From the NCBI GenBank assembly GCA_041694835.1, contig JBGFRZ010000082.1, forward strand, positions 32,001 through 96,000: a stretch of DNA of 64,000 nucleotides, in the 5' to 3' direction. Both the position numbers and the translations under genes were made by a program. The first letter of the stretch is position 1; every line of letters starts with the position of its first letter. The notes beneath the pieces were generated by a model. The model saw only the letters and a program-made list of their open reading frames with translations. It ran no database searches and was not told the DNA's origin. The stretch comes from Ignavibacteria bacterium. Lineage in GTDB: Bacteria > Elusimicrobiota > Endomicrobiia > PHAN01. Of the stretch, positions 10,584-20,234 are shown one piece after another.

Positions 10584-11426
10584 CCAGAACCAGTGGTCGG
10601 GATATTTCAGGACAAACTCTTCAAGTTTTTTGGTGTATCTTTGGGTATAAATTTTTATGGCTTCCTCTTCGTCTAAATCGGGAGATGGCGGCGGGATTTC
10701 TTCGAAATAAATCCTGAATCTCTTACCCTCTCTGACTATGAAGCAGCTAACAAGCGTCGATTTCGTTCTTATGGCGAGCGCCGCGGGACCTTTTGGGGTG
10801 GAAGAAGGTCGTCCAAGAAAATCCACAAATACCCCTCTTTCGCGAGCGTCCTGGTCAGAAAGTATGCCGACCATCTCGCCGGATTTCAGAGCTTTAAGAA
10901 TTTTCAGTGTCATCTCAAGAGGAATTATCTTCATTCCTTTTTTTGTTCTATAAGAATTCAAGAGTTCATCAGCTTTTATGTTGTGTTGTCTCTTGACGAG
11001 AAAATTCACGGGAAAGTATTTAACAAGAACTGCTCCCATAAGCTCCCAGTTGCCAAAGTGCCCCGAGACAAAAATCGCCCCTTTTTTTGCTGCGGCAAGT
11101 TTCTCTAACAAATTGCGTCCCTCTATCTCGACCATTTTGTCTATGTCTTCAATCGTGAGTTTTGGAAAAAATATCAACTCTACCATTGAAGTCAAAAACT
11201 GGATATAGACGCCGCGGGCCAGTTCCCAAATCTCAGATTTAGTTTTATCTCTGAACGTTTCTTCGAGGCGGTTTATGACCTCTTTCCTTCTTATTGGAAG
11301 TATATAAAATACAAACCCGCCCAGAATCCTCGCAAAAAATCTTCCAAAATCCAAAGGGAAGAGACGCAGTATGTGCGCCGTCATTTGAAGAGTGAGATAC
11401 AGCAAGAAGTAAAATATTTTTTTCAT
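10548..11426 (-). CDS. Lipid A late acyltransferase (LpxL/HtrB family)
   Basis: N-terminal TM; HFGNWE, LSDQD, VDFLG and PDHWFWLHRRWK motifs. Confidence 0.9.
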   Translation of the reverse strand: MKKIFYFLLYLTLQMTAHILRLFPLDFGRFFARILGGFVFYILPIRRKEVINRLEETFRDKTKSEIWELARGVYIQFLTSMVELIFFPKLTIEDIDKMVEIEGRNLLEKLAAAKKGAIFVSGHFGNWELMGAVLVKYFPVNFLVKRQHNIKADELLNSYRTKKGMKIIPLEMTLKILKALKSGEMVGILSDQDARERGVFVDFLGRPSSTPKGPAALAIRTKSTLVSCFIVREGKRFRIYFEEIPPPSPDLDEEEAIKIYTQRYTKKLEEFVLKYPDHWFWLHRRWKTKPGI

Positions 11427-12637
11427 GAGTTTGTGGAACCTTCGCCCAACTTTACAACATCTTCATTCCGCCGTTCGCCCCTGCGGGTTGAACTTCTTCT
11501 TGTAACCATGTCGGCTAACCAAGAATACTCTATGAATATCGCTTTATCCGGGCACATCTCGTGGCAGCACATACACTCGATGCAGTAATCTTTTCTTACA
11601 ACAACGCGGTTATCTTCCCTGAATATGGCGCTGGCCGGGCACGATTTAAGGCAGAGCTGACATCTGGTGCAGATATCATCGTCTATCTTCGGCTTGGCCC
11701 AGAAAATCTTCCTGATCATAGGACCCAGAAATCGGGGAACCATTTTTATTTTCCAGTTCGATGGTTTCTTAAAATCGCTTATTCTGAAATCTTCCATTTT
11801 TCCATCGCCGAGGACATCTATTTCTGCAAAACGAGAATTGCCCAATTTGATTTTTTCGGCTGCTCTTATCGTCGGGTCACGTTGAGGGTCGAACCCCATT
11901 ATATATGCTATTACGGCATCAACCGCAACAAGGTCATTTCCCATTATTATAAGCCCGGTTTTTCTGATGCTCCCCGCCAGGGGTCCTTCGCCCTCCATCG
12001 AAGTTATGGCATCGACTATCGCGAATCTCGGCTTTATATGAAATGCTATATCGGCCAGGACTTCCCCGAAGTCGTCGGGATGGGTGGATAGAAAATGATA
12101 ATGGGCCTTCCTCAGTCCTGATATGCATCCGTAGAGATTTTTTATCGCACCTGTGAAAAGCATAAGGGTGTGTGTCTTCATTTTCGGAAGTGAAATGAGA
12201 GCATCGGCTTCGAAGACGGCATTTGAAATCTCAAGACTTTTTATTCTTTTGTTTCGAAGATTGGACTGAATTATTTTTGACCCGTATTTTTCAAAAACTA
12301 TTTTATTCGCTCCTTCTTTTTCACAACTTCCGCTTATACCGGTTTCTTGCCAAACCCTTTCTACTCCGCTTACGGCACCGCCGGGGCTGTCGCCGACCGC
12401 TATAGCATCGCTGTTTTTTTTGAAACATCTAATGCATGCTCTTAAAAATTCTGGGTGGGTCGTTATGCCTGTTTCCGGCTTTTTCGCTGAAAGCATGTTT
12501 GGTTTAAGGAGTATCTTCTCGCCTTTCTTAAAAAAGGAATCGATACCGCCTAAAATATCGAACCCTCTTTCTAAGACGGCATGGATTTTATCGGCATTAT
12601 AATCTTTGCATTTCAATATCGCGACCTTTGATTTCAT
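11423..12637 (-). CDS. DUF362 domain protein with C-terminal 2x[4Fe-4S] ferredoxin
   Basis: LLKPN, TTHP, PKMKTH, GAIKNLYG, EGEGP; two CxxCxxCxxxCP motifs. Confidence 0.88.
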   Translation of the reverse strand: MKSKVAILKCKDYNADKIHAVLERGFDILGGIDSFFKKGEKILLKPNMLSAKKPETGITTHPEFLRACIRCFKKNSDAIAVGDSPGGAVSGVERVWQETGISGSCEKEGANKIVFEKYGSKIIQSNLRNKRIKSLEISNAVFEADALISLPKMKTHTLMLFTGAIKNLYGCISGLRKAHYHFLSTHPDDFGEVLADIAFHIKPRFAIVDAITSMEGEGPLAGSIRKTGLIIMGNDLVAVDAVIAYIMGFDPQRDPTIRAAEKIKLGNSRFAEIDVLGDGKMEDFRISDFKKPSNWKIKMVPRFLGPMIRKIFWAKPKIDDDICTRCQLCLKSCPASAIFREDNRVVVRKDYCIECMCCHEMCPDKAIFIEYSWLADMVTRRSSTRRGERRNEDVVKLGEGSTNS

Positions 12638-12673
12638 ATTTTTCAGACGGAACTATCGAACATTTGTTCGAAT

Positions 12674-13405
12674 TTACCGACGAAACATTTTTATCTTTAG
12701 AATTTTATAGACAAAAACCGGAAGGTTAATCACACTTTTTATGCGGCGAGGCTCCTGAATAAGTCTGTAAAGCCATTCGGCGCCGAGAGTTCTGAATATT
12801 CCGGGTGCCCTCTTAAGTTTCCCGGATATGACGTCAAAACTGCCTCCGACGCCCATAGCGATTTTTACATTCATATTTTTTAAATTCTCGCCTATCCAGA
12901 TTTCTTGCTTCGGTATGCCGAGCCCAACAAAGAGTATATTCGCGTGGCTTGTGGCGATTTTTCTTACAACATCGTCCGACTCTTCATATGAAAAATAGCC
13001 GCTATGAAATCCCGCTATATGCAATGTGGGGAACATTGACTTTAATTTTTCAAAGGCCTTTTCGATGATTTCGGCGGATGAACCAAGCAAAAATATGCTG
13101 AATTTATTCTGCGCGGCGAGACGGAGTATCCTGAAAACAAGGTCAATGCCGGCTGTATTTTTTATCTTATGATTATACAAAAATTTGACGGCCCATGAAA
13201 TTCCGGAAGATTCGGGAATTATAAGATCCGAGTTTAAAACTGCCGCACTAAATGCCCGATTTTTTTTCATCTCAATACACATCAGCGAGTTGAAGGTGAC
13301 TATCTGGTGGGGTTTGTCCGACGAAAGGTACTCTCTTATTTTTTCATCAAACTCATCTTCCGAGAAACAGACAAGCGGTATGCCGTCGAAGTCGATGCTC
13401 TCCAT
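12674..13405 (-). CDS. WecG/TagA/CpsF family glycosyltransferase
   Basis: VGLGIPKQE, GVGGSFD, KRAP and EWLYRLIQEPRR motifs. Confidence 0.9.
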   Translation of the reverse strand: MESIDFDGIPLVCFSEDEFDEKIREYLSSDKPHQIVTFNSLMCIEMKKNRAFSAAVLNSDLIIPESSGISWAVKFLYNHKIKNTAGIDLVFRILRLAAQNKFSIFLLGSSAEIIEKAFEKLKSMFPTLHIAGFHSGYFSYEESDDVVRKIATSHANILFVGLGIPKQEIWIGENLKNMNVKIAMGVGGSFDVISGKLKRAPGIFRTLGAEWLYRLIQEPRRIKSVINLPVFVYKILKIKMFRR

Positions 13406-13410
13406 TTAAA

Positions 13411-16400
13411 CTAAACCGCCACAGGTGACGATAAATCGGCCGGGGGTTTTTCGAACTTCATCGAGATGATTTTCGAAACTCCGAACTCTTCCATCGTAAC
13501 ACCATAGATGACATCGGCTCTGAGCATGGTGCGTTTGTTGTGGGTTATCATAAGAAACTGTGACTTTTCGGTGAATGTCTCCAGAAGATTCAGAAATCTC
13601 TCGACGTTCGATTCGTCAAGCGGAGCATCGACCTCGTCCAGAAGGCAAAAGGGAGACGGCCTTACTAGATATATGGCAAAAAGGAGGGCCACGGCCGTAA
13701 GGGATTTCTCTCCCCCCGAGAGAAGGTTTATGTTTTGAAGTTTTTTCCCGGGCGGCTGGGCTATTATCTCGACCCCGCTCTCGAGTATGTTTTCCTTGTC
13801 GGTAAGAATGAGATCTGCCTGTCCCCCCTCAAAGAGCTTTGTAAAGATGTTCTGAAAATTTTCTCTCACTTTTTCCCATGTTTCAGAGAACTGCTGTTTC
13901 GTCGTCTGATTAATTTTCGCTATTATCTCTTCAAGATCCGCTTTGGCATTTTCAAGATCGTTTTTTTGCTGAAGTATGAACTCATATTTTTTGTTCAGGG
14001 CATCGTACTCTTCGGGAGCGGCAAGATTTACCGAGCCAAGGAGTTCTATCTTTTTCCTGAGCTTCGAAAGCTCCTCAGCGTCAAGAAGCGACTCCGAGAG
14101 ACGATGTCTGGCGACTTCCTCATTCACCTCGAACTCATCGGCGAGTCTGGACAGATGCGCCGAAATTTCAACATTATATGTCTTTATCTCAAGCTCGAGG
14201 TGATGTATCTTTTCCAGAAGGGATTCCTTTTCGAGTGCGAACTTCTGGATATTTGCCTCAAGAGCGGCGAGTTCTGAGTTTTTGGAGTCCCTTTCTTTCA
14301 AAATCTCCTCAAGATGCGACTGCATCTGTGTTTTTTCGGTCTGACATCTTTTTATCAACTCGATGTTTTCAGAGTTTGTGCCTCTATGGATTTCTGTCTC
14401 TTTTTTCCAGTTTTCTATCTCGCTTGCGTTGTTTTCAATGCTGTTTTTCAGGAACGTTATCTTGGAATCGACAAGCTGAATGTTGTTTTTTAAAGACTCT
14501 ATCTGCGGATTAATCTTCATAAGCTCCGCTTTTATATCATCTATCTTCTTTTTCTTCCGCTCTTCTTCCGGTCTGATTTTCTCAATCTCTTCGTCGAGAG
14601 CGGCAACTTTATCCCTTGACGCCTTTTCTCTGATTTCCAGTTCTTCTATCTCTTTCGTCGTATCGCTTATGGTTTTCGCAATTTTTTCCATATCCGCTTT
14701 TGTCTGCGAGAATTCCTCGCTGATGAGGTTTTGCAGGTTTATTTTCTCCCTGAGAAGTCCCCTCATCTGTGATATCTCCTTCTCATACCATCTTAAAGCG
14801 AAATCTTTATCGTTTTTCAAATCCTCGGCAGTTTTCAACTCTTTTTTAAGAGCCTCGTTCTCGGAAATAACAATGTCGAACTCTTCTTTTGAATTTTCGA
14901 AAATTTTCATTTCTGATTTGAGGGCGGATTCGTTTTCCTTTTTTTTCACAATCACCTCCGCCTGAACGGACGCTATCTTGCCACCGCGAATGAGCACTCC
15001 ATCGTAAACTACTTCTCCGTCAAGTCTTACGGACGACAAAAGATAATTTATCGCTTTGCTGCATTCTGCCGGAATTTCCATCATTTCATCGACTTTTTTA
15101 TTTTTCGTGAAGTGTTCTATTTTCTCATCAACAACGAATGTAAGTCCGCCGAGTTCTTTTTCCGAAAGTAAATTTATCGCGGCTAATGCGTCGCTTTCCG
15201 TCTGAGCTATTATATAGTACGCTTTCTCGCCCAAAAGAGCGGACACGACTTTTTCAAACCCTTGTTTAATTTTTATCAGATCCATCACGGGTCCTTTTAT
15301 GTGAGGAAATTCAGACAACACTGTCCGTATGGACGATAAAACCGGATCGGTAGTTTCGAACTGTGCAAATGCCTTAAGTTCTCCCTCCAGCAACGATATC
15401 GTCTGTTTCAACTGGAAAATCCTGTTTCTCAGTTCCTCGGCTTTCGCCTCGGTCTCTTTAAGTTTGGAAATCGATGCCGAAAAACTTATATCAAGAGCTC
15501 CCTTTTGATTTTTTATCTCGCTTTCCTCCGACGATTTCTTCGATATTTCTTCCTCGAGATTTTTTATCTCATTTAAGTTATCGTTGATTTCAGAATTCAA
15601 TCTATTGGCGTCGGCATCCAAATGCTGAAGGTCAGATTCAAGTCTGGCTTTCAGGTTTGTCTTCTCCGTGAGGCGTGGAAGGAAAGATGACCATATGCGA
15701 TTCCTCTCTTCTTCGCGACAAGAGTAAATCTCGGAGTATCTTTTTGCGACGACTTCATAATCCGAAGAGTCGAGTTCACATCTTTCAATGATTTTCGAGG
15801 CGGCAAGCTCGGAGTCGGAGAGCTTCCCGGAAAGACCTTTTAGGCTCTCTTCAAGAGCCGATATTTCTGCAAAACCTCTTTCCATCTCCTCTGTCCGTGA
15901 TTTTATTTTTTCTTCGGCGATTTTTATCATCGCTTCGGACTGTTCGATTTTCGAATCCGCAATCTCTATCTTCGACGATATTCTTGAGATTTCGTCCTGA
16001 AGCGTTATAATTTTATTATCCGCATCTATTGCCCATGCTTTTATTCTCTCGGCAGAAGCAAGAAGTCCGTCTATGCTTGCGATGTTTTTATGCTTCTCAT
16101 CGACGAGCGGACAAAGTTCTTTTTGGAGTTCATCAATCTTCCTTCTGTTTTCGTCTATGCGGTGGATTATCTGTGTGATCTCCGCTCTTAGAAGTTCATC
16201 TTTGAGTTTCTGATACTGCTTTGACTTTCTCGCCGCCGACTCAAGTGCTTTAACCTGTTCGTGGTGAAACGAAAGAAGAACGTTAATCCGGCTTATGTCC
16301 TGTTGGACCCTTTCGATCTTCCTCAGGGATTCTTCTTTTCTGAACTTATATCTGGATATGCCGGCGGCTTCTTCAAGAAGTTCTCTTTTTTCTTCGGACT

Positions 16401-16857
16401 TGGAGCCAATTATAAACTCGACGCGACCCTGCTCTATAATGGAGTAGCCGTCAGCGCCTATCCCCGTGTCGGCGAATAAATCCCTTATATCTTTAAGGCG
16501 ACATGGAGAGTTGTTTATGAAATACTCGCATTCTCCCGATCTGAAAATCTTCCTTGTTATGACGACTTCCGAAAAATCTATCGGAAGGACGTTTTGAGCG
16601 TTGTCGAATATCAGCGAAACCTCGGCCATGCCGAGAGGGGGGCGGTTTTGTGTTCCGTTGAATATTACATCAACCATCTGTTTCGAGCGGAGCGACTTTG
16701 CGCTCTGCTCTCCTAGTACCCACTTTATGGCGTCCGATACATTTGATTTGCCACAGCCGTTGGGTCCGACTATTATAGAAATTCCCGGGCCGAATTCAAG
16801 TTTTGTTTTTTCGGCAAATGACTTAAATCCTATGACTTCGATATTTTTAAGATACAT
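13411..16857 (-). CDS. smc: Chromosome segregation protein SMC
   Basis: GFKSF, GPNGCGKSN Walker A, central hinge, LSGGEK signature and LLDEVDAPLD Walker B. Confidence 0.95.
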   Translation of the reverse strand: MYLKNIEVIGFKSFAEKTKLEFGPGISIIVGPNGCGKSNVSDAIKWVLGEQSAKSLRSKQMVDVIFNGTQNRPPLGMAEVSLIFDNAQNVLPIDFSEVVITRKIFRSGECEYFINNSPCRLKDIRDLFADTGIGADGYSIIEQGRVEFIIGSKSEEKRELLEEAAGISRYKFRKEESLRKIERVQQDISRINVLLSFHHEQVKALESAARKSKQYQKLKDELLRAEITQIIHRIDENRRKIDELQKELCPLVDEKHKNIASIDGLLASAERIKAWAIDADNKIITLQDEISRISSKIEIADSKIEQSEAMIKIAEEKIKSRTEEMERGFAEISALEESLKGLSGKLSDSELAASKIIERCELDSSDYEVVAKRYSEIYSCREEERNRIWSSFLPRLTEKTNLKARLESDLQHLDADANRLNSEINDNLNEIKNLEEEISKKSSEESEIKNQKGALDISFSASISKLKETEAKAEELRNRIFQLKQTISLLEGELKAFAQFETTDPVLSSIRTVLSEFPHIKGPVMDLIKIKQGFEKVVSALLGEKAYYIIAQTESDALAAINLLSEKELGGLTFVVDEKIEHFTKNKKVDEMMEIPAECSKAINYLLSSVRLDGEVVYDGVLIRGGKIASVQAEVIVKKKENESALKSEMKIFENSKEEFDIVISENEALKKELKTAEDLKNDKDFALRWYEKEISQMRGLLREKINLQNLISEEFSQTKADMEKIAKTISDTTKEIEELEIREKASRDKVAALDEEIEKIRPEEERKKKKIDDIKAELMKINPQIESLKNNIQLVDSKITFLKNSIENNASEIENWKKETEIHRGTNSENIELIKRCQTEKTQMQSHLEEILKERDSKNSELAALEANIQKFALEKESLLEKIHHLELEIKTYNVEISAHLSRLADEFEVNEEVARHRLSESLLDAEELSKLRKKIELLGSVNLAAPEEYDALNKKYEFILQQKNDLENAKADLEEIIAKINQTTKQQFSETWEKVRENFQNIFTKLFEGGQADLILTDKENILESGVEIIAQPPGKKLQNINLLSGGEKSLTAVALLFAIYLVRPSPFCLLDEVDAPLDESNVERFLNLLETFTEKSQFLMITHNKRTMLRADVIYGVTMEEFGVSKIISMKFEKPPADLSSPVAV

Positions 16858-16908
16858 GGCTTATCAAGATTTTTCCTTTTTTTATTAAATACTATCAAAT
16901 TTTGTCAT

Positions 16909-16937
16909 ATTCTATCAAATAAAATATGTTATGTCAA
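16909..16937 (-). promoter_or_regulatory. Sigma70-type promoter upstream of smc
   Basis: TTGACA (16937-16932), 17 bp spacer, TGa-TAGAAT extended -10 (16914-16909). Confidence 0.7.
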
Positions 16938-16945
16938 TAATTCCC

Positions 16946-16995
16946 AAAAAAAATTCTCCCCGCCTGAACCTTTGCGAAGAAGGTGGCAGGGAGAA
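16946..16995 (-). terminator. Intrinsic terminator downstream of the DUF4416-like gene
   Basis: TTCTCCCTGCC...GGCGGGGAGAA stem with an inner hairpin, followed by a T8 tract on the minus strand. Confidence 0.6.
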
Positions 16996-17042
16996 ATCTA
17001 ATATACTAATAATAAATTTTTTTTATTTTGTCAAGGTTTTTT

Positions 17043-17567
17043 TCAAACGGTTTCAAGTTGAAGGAGCAATTTTTCTCTAACACCCATAATAAAATCCATA
17101 AATGTTCCGGATTTGTAATCGGGGTATGTCCAGGGAAGAAATTGAAATTTGTTTTTAGCGAACTGTAGAGTTATCTCGGCATATATCCCCTCATTAAGAT
17201 AAATCCTATGCGAAAAATCCTTAGTGGATGGCAGAACGAGCTTTGAAGGCGCGAGATATCCGGGATCTATGTTGACGGTTCTTCCGGTGCCGCGAGAAAA
17301 TTTTTTTTCGAGTTTATTGGTTTTCAGTTTTATTTCCGTTATCATCTCGGGTGATATCAATCTTTCGAAATCTAACCAATACCTTTTCAGGTTTTCGCCC
17401 ATCTCTTCGGAGTAATAATCGGTAAAATCGAAAGGAATAATTTTGCTTTTTAAATCAATCGAGCCGAATCTCTTTTCGAGCTCAAATAAAACTGGTGTGT
17501 CGTCATCACGGGCGCTGATAATTCCAACAATCAACTTCATACCTTTTTTCATTTGGGTCTTCTCCAT
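17043..17567 (-). CDS. DUF4416 family protein
   Basis: FDFTDYYSEEMG, RTVNIDPGY, STKDFSHRIYL and PWTYPDY motifs; exact start uncertain (17567 or 17552). Confidence 0.75.
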   Translation of the reverse strand: MEKTQMKKGMKLIVGIISARDDDTPVLFELEKRFGSIDLKSKIIPFDFTDYYSEEMGENLKRYWLDFERLISPEMITEIKLKTNKLEKKFSRGTGRTVNIDPGYLAPSKLVLPSTKDFSHRIYLNEGIYAEITLQFAKNKFQFLPWTYPDYKSGTFMDFIMGVREKLLLQLETV

Positions 17568-17693
17568 TTTTTGTTGTGCGTATAAAAACAAAGTGTTTGA
17601 GCGGGTTTAATCAAGTGTGAACACTTGATTGCCTCGCAGTCCCGATTTATCGGGACGAGAATGAGCGAAAATACTTTGTTTTTACCCTTACCC

Positions 17694-17892
17694 AATGTTA
17701 CAACAACATTTGGAGAAGAGCCTTTCATTTCTTAGGGGTTTGCTCGTCAGTTGTCCCCCATCAACTGTCAAGATGGTATCGGGAATTTCGAAACTCTTCG
17801 GTATTCATTTTCAATTGATTCAGCGGTTGGTGGGGGACTCCTCGGAGCGCCCTGAAATCGCCTCAAACTTAGTTCTCCAAAATGTCAACATT
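17694..17892 (+). ncRNA. Candidate rod-shaped structured RNA (6S-like architecture, identity unproven)
   Basis: Nested inverted repeats along the whole length; helix mismatches are G-U only when read on the plus strand. Confidence 0.4.
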
Positions 17893-17908
17893 ATTCTTTG
17901 GCAATCCC

Positions 17909-19951
17909 TTATCTCTTCAACAGCGCTATCAGCCGCGACTTCGGAACGGCAAATATCTTTCCAAGTTTTTCCGAGCTTAACCATATCGTATTCCCGCTTC
18001 CTGAAAATCCGCTTATCTTGAAGTTTTTCCGGAAAGCATCGGGCAATGTATAGACGACAGAAACGCTTAATCGCTCGTCGAGTTTATGGAGATATATCTG
18101 ATTTGTAGAAGAATCGCAGCTCCACAGATTTTTCCCGTCGTGCCACACCCCCACCGGCGTCGGTCCAGGGGATTTATACGACTTCAATATCTCAAAATCT
18201 CCGGTTTCCTCGTCAAGCCGTCCGTGATAAATGAGACCCTTCGTCATATCGGTCGCAAAAACATCCCCTTTCACCATAGCGATCCCATTTAAACTCAACT
18301 CGCCGGTAGCATAGGTCTTTATGATGCTAAACGATTCGTTTATAATATGCCTGTTTATCTTTTTGCTCCACGGATTGACTGAATACAGCGCTCCGTCATC
18401 ATACGCTATGGCCGAGAAGTTGTTTTCCGGGAAATGATATATCCTCTTCAAAGAAAGTTTATCGTCGAGCATATGATGGTATACACTCCCGCTCTGCCAG
18501 TCGCAGCTCCATATGTACGAAGTGTCGAGAGCGATGGATGTTGGGAAGGAATAAGGCACATGATACTCTCTCACTCTTTCAAGGGGAATAAAAAAAGTTC
18601 TAAAATAAGCGGCCGCCATCAAAAATACAGCCAACAAGGGCAACAATATGTATCTTGTTTTTTTCTTTCCCGGGATTAGCGACAGCCAATGTTCCTCGGA
18701 AGCTATCGAACTTTCCAGTATAGCATCAATCTGTTCAGAGGCGCTCGCAGAATCAGATAAATCCGTAAAAATATGGACGGGCGGCAAATTTTTTACAGCT
18801 CTATTCAAAATGCCCACAAATATCGTCGGAACAAACGGGAGATTTTTCAACACTTTTTTGGCAACCAAGATATCGGAAGTGATTATCGCAAGCGGTTTTA
18901 TATTTTTTAAATCGCGTACCTTAAATCTGTTCAGATGAAATACCTCGGGAACTCCGATTTTTTTGGAAATATTTTCAAACCCTTTCGCTTCCCCTATAAA
19001 AACGATTTTTCTTTTTGTTTTTTTCTTTGGCTCAAACGTGAGAGTTTCAAGCGACTTTGCGTTTTCGGATATTTTTTTCGAGTAATACGAAACCTCGTCG
19101 CATGGGAGCTGTCTTTGCGTTCTTCTGTAGGCAATTAGATTTTCAACGATGGAAAGTTGATTGCTTAAATAATCATTGAAGTCATTGATCGCGCCCAAAA
19201 AATCGTTTTTGAGACTTCCTATTTCTTCGCTTGACTTCATCCTTGCGCTTTCGACATTGAATTTGAGCGATTTATTCTCCTCATTCAGCCTTTCTTTATG
19301 AGCGGCGAGAGATTCTATGGTTTCATCACGCTTCTGAATCTCACCCTTAAAACGAGAAATCTCGTTGGCAAAAGATTCTTCGACTTCGCTAAAACGTCTG
19401 TTCATCTCGGAAAGGGAGTTTTGGAGTATATTTATATTTTCGCTCAAGATACGTTTTTCTTCGGCGAAAGTTTTCTGAAACATCTCCTTCTCGCTTATGT
19501 TTTCATCTTTAAGGCGAGCCACGGTTTCGTTCAGTGTGTTTATTTTTTCGAGAAGCTGCCTTGTTTCCGATTCGGCATCCTTTATTTTTTCTTCCCAGAG
19601 TATCCTGTTTTTTTCAAGAAGCAAATCGGCCTCTTTGAGCCTGAATTTCTCCTGCCAGTCCTTGAGCTCCCTTTCAAAACTTTTCTCGAGATCCTTCAAT
19701 TTCTCTTCGTAATTTTTTAAGTTAATATCCTGCTGGCTGAGTTTGGATTCTAAAATCTTTTTTTCCTCTTCCTTCGACTGAATCCTCTTTTCCCAAAGCA
19801 TCTTTTCCTCTTCAAGACGCTTTTGCCAATAACCCGAAGAGACCGGTGACGTGAAGCGGCTTGTAAGCTCGTCTTGAATTTCGAGTTCGGATTTTAACTT
19901 TGCAAGTTCCTTCTCAAGTTCAGAATAATTTTCGTTGCGATTGTCGTCCAT
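17909..19951 (-). CDS. Coiled-coil / single TM / extracytoplasmic beta-propeller-like protein
   Basis: E/K-rich N-terminal half; TM YILLPLLAVFLMAAAYF; repeated WS(C/V)D blades; ATG 19951 follows GAGGAG. Confidence 0.75.
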   Translation of the reverse strand: MDDNRNENYSELEKELAKLKSELEIQDELTSRFTSPVSSGYWQKRLEEEKMLWEKRIQSKEEEKKILESKLSQQDINLKNYEEKLKDLEKSFERELKDWQEKFRLKEADLLLEKNRILWEEKIKDAESETRQLLEKINTLNETVARLKDENISEKEMFQKTFAEEKRILSENINILQNSLSEMNRRFSEVEESFANEISRFKGEIQKRDETIESLAAHKERLNEENKSLKFNVESARMKSSEEIGSLKNDFLGAINDFNDYLSNQLSIVENLIAYRRTQRQLPCDEVSYYSKKISENAKSLETLTFEPKKKTKRKIVFIGEAKGFENISKKIGVPEVFHLNRFKVRDLKNIKPLAIITSDILVAKKVLKNLPFVPTIFVGILNRAVKNLPPVHIFTDLSDSASASEQIDAILESSIASEEHWLSLIPGKKKTRYILLPLLAVFLMAAAYFRTFFIPLERVREYHVPYSFPTSIALDTSYIWSCDWQSGSVYHHMLDDKLSLKRIYHFPENNFSAIAYDDGALYSVNPWSKKINRHIINESFSIIKTYATGELSLNGIAMVKGDVFATDMTKGLIYHGRLDEETGDFEILKSYKSPGPTPVGVWHDGKNLWSCDSSTNQIYLHKLDERLSVSVVYTLPDAFRKNFKISGFSGSGNTIWLSSEKLGKIFAVPKSRLIALLKR

Positions 19952-20234
19952 ATTTTTTTCTCCTCGCCCCCTGATAAATACTGGGTCCATACCACCAAGT
20001 CGGAAATTAAATTTTCATTCTGCATCACAGGTGTTGGAATATTCGAACATTTGTTCGAATTTATCGTCTCACAAATTACTATGTACAAATTACCAACTAC
20101 CTGTTTTTTGCAGACCAGGGTCTCCCGCTACATCGCACTGCTTTGCTATGCCTCTACACTGCCAATAAATCGGCAACTACAATCTGTCATCCGTCATTCA
20201 TCATTTACTATTTGCTATCTACTATCTACTGATT

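Noticed and set aside
17720-17750. Hammerhead-like CTGACGAG...GAAA on the minus strand
   Set aside because: No stem II can form between the motifs, and G-U bias favours the plus strand as the structured RNA
17695-18021. 108-aa plus-strand ORF
   Set aside because: Overlaps a real minus-strand gene and the structured element; no recognisable protein features
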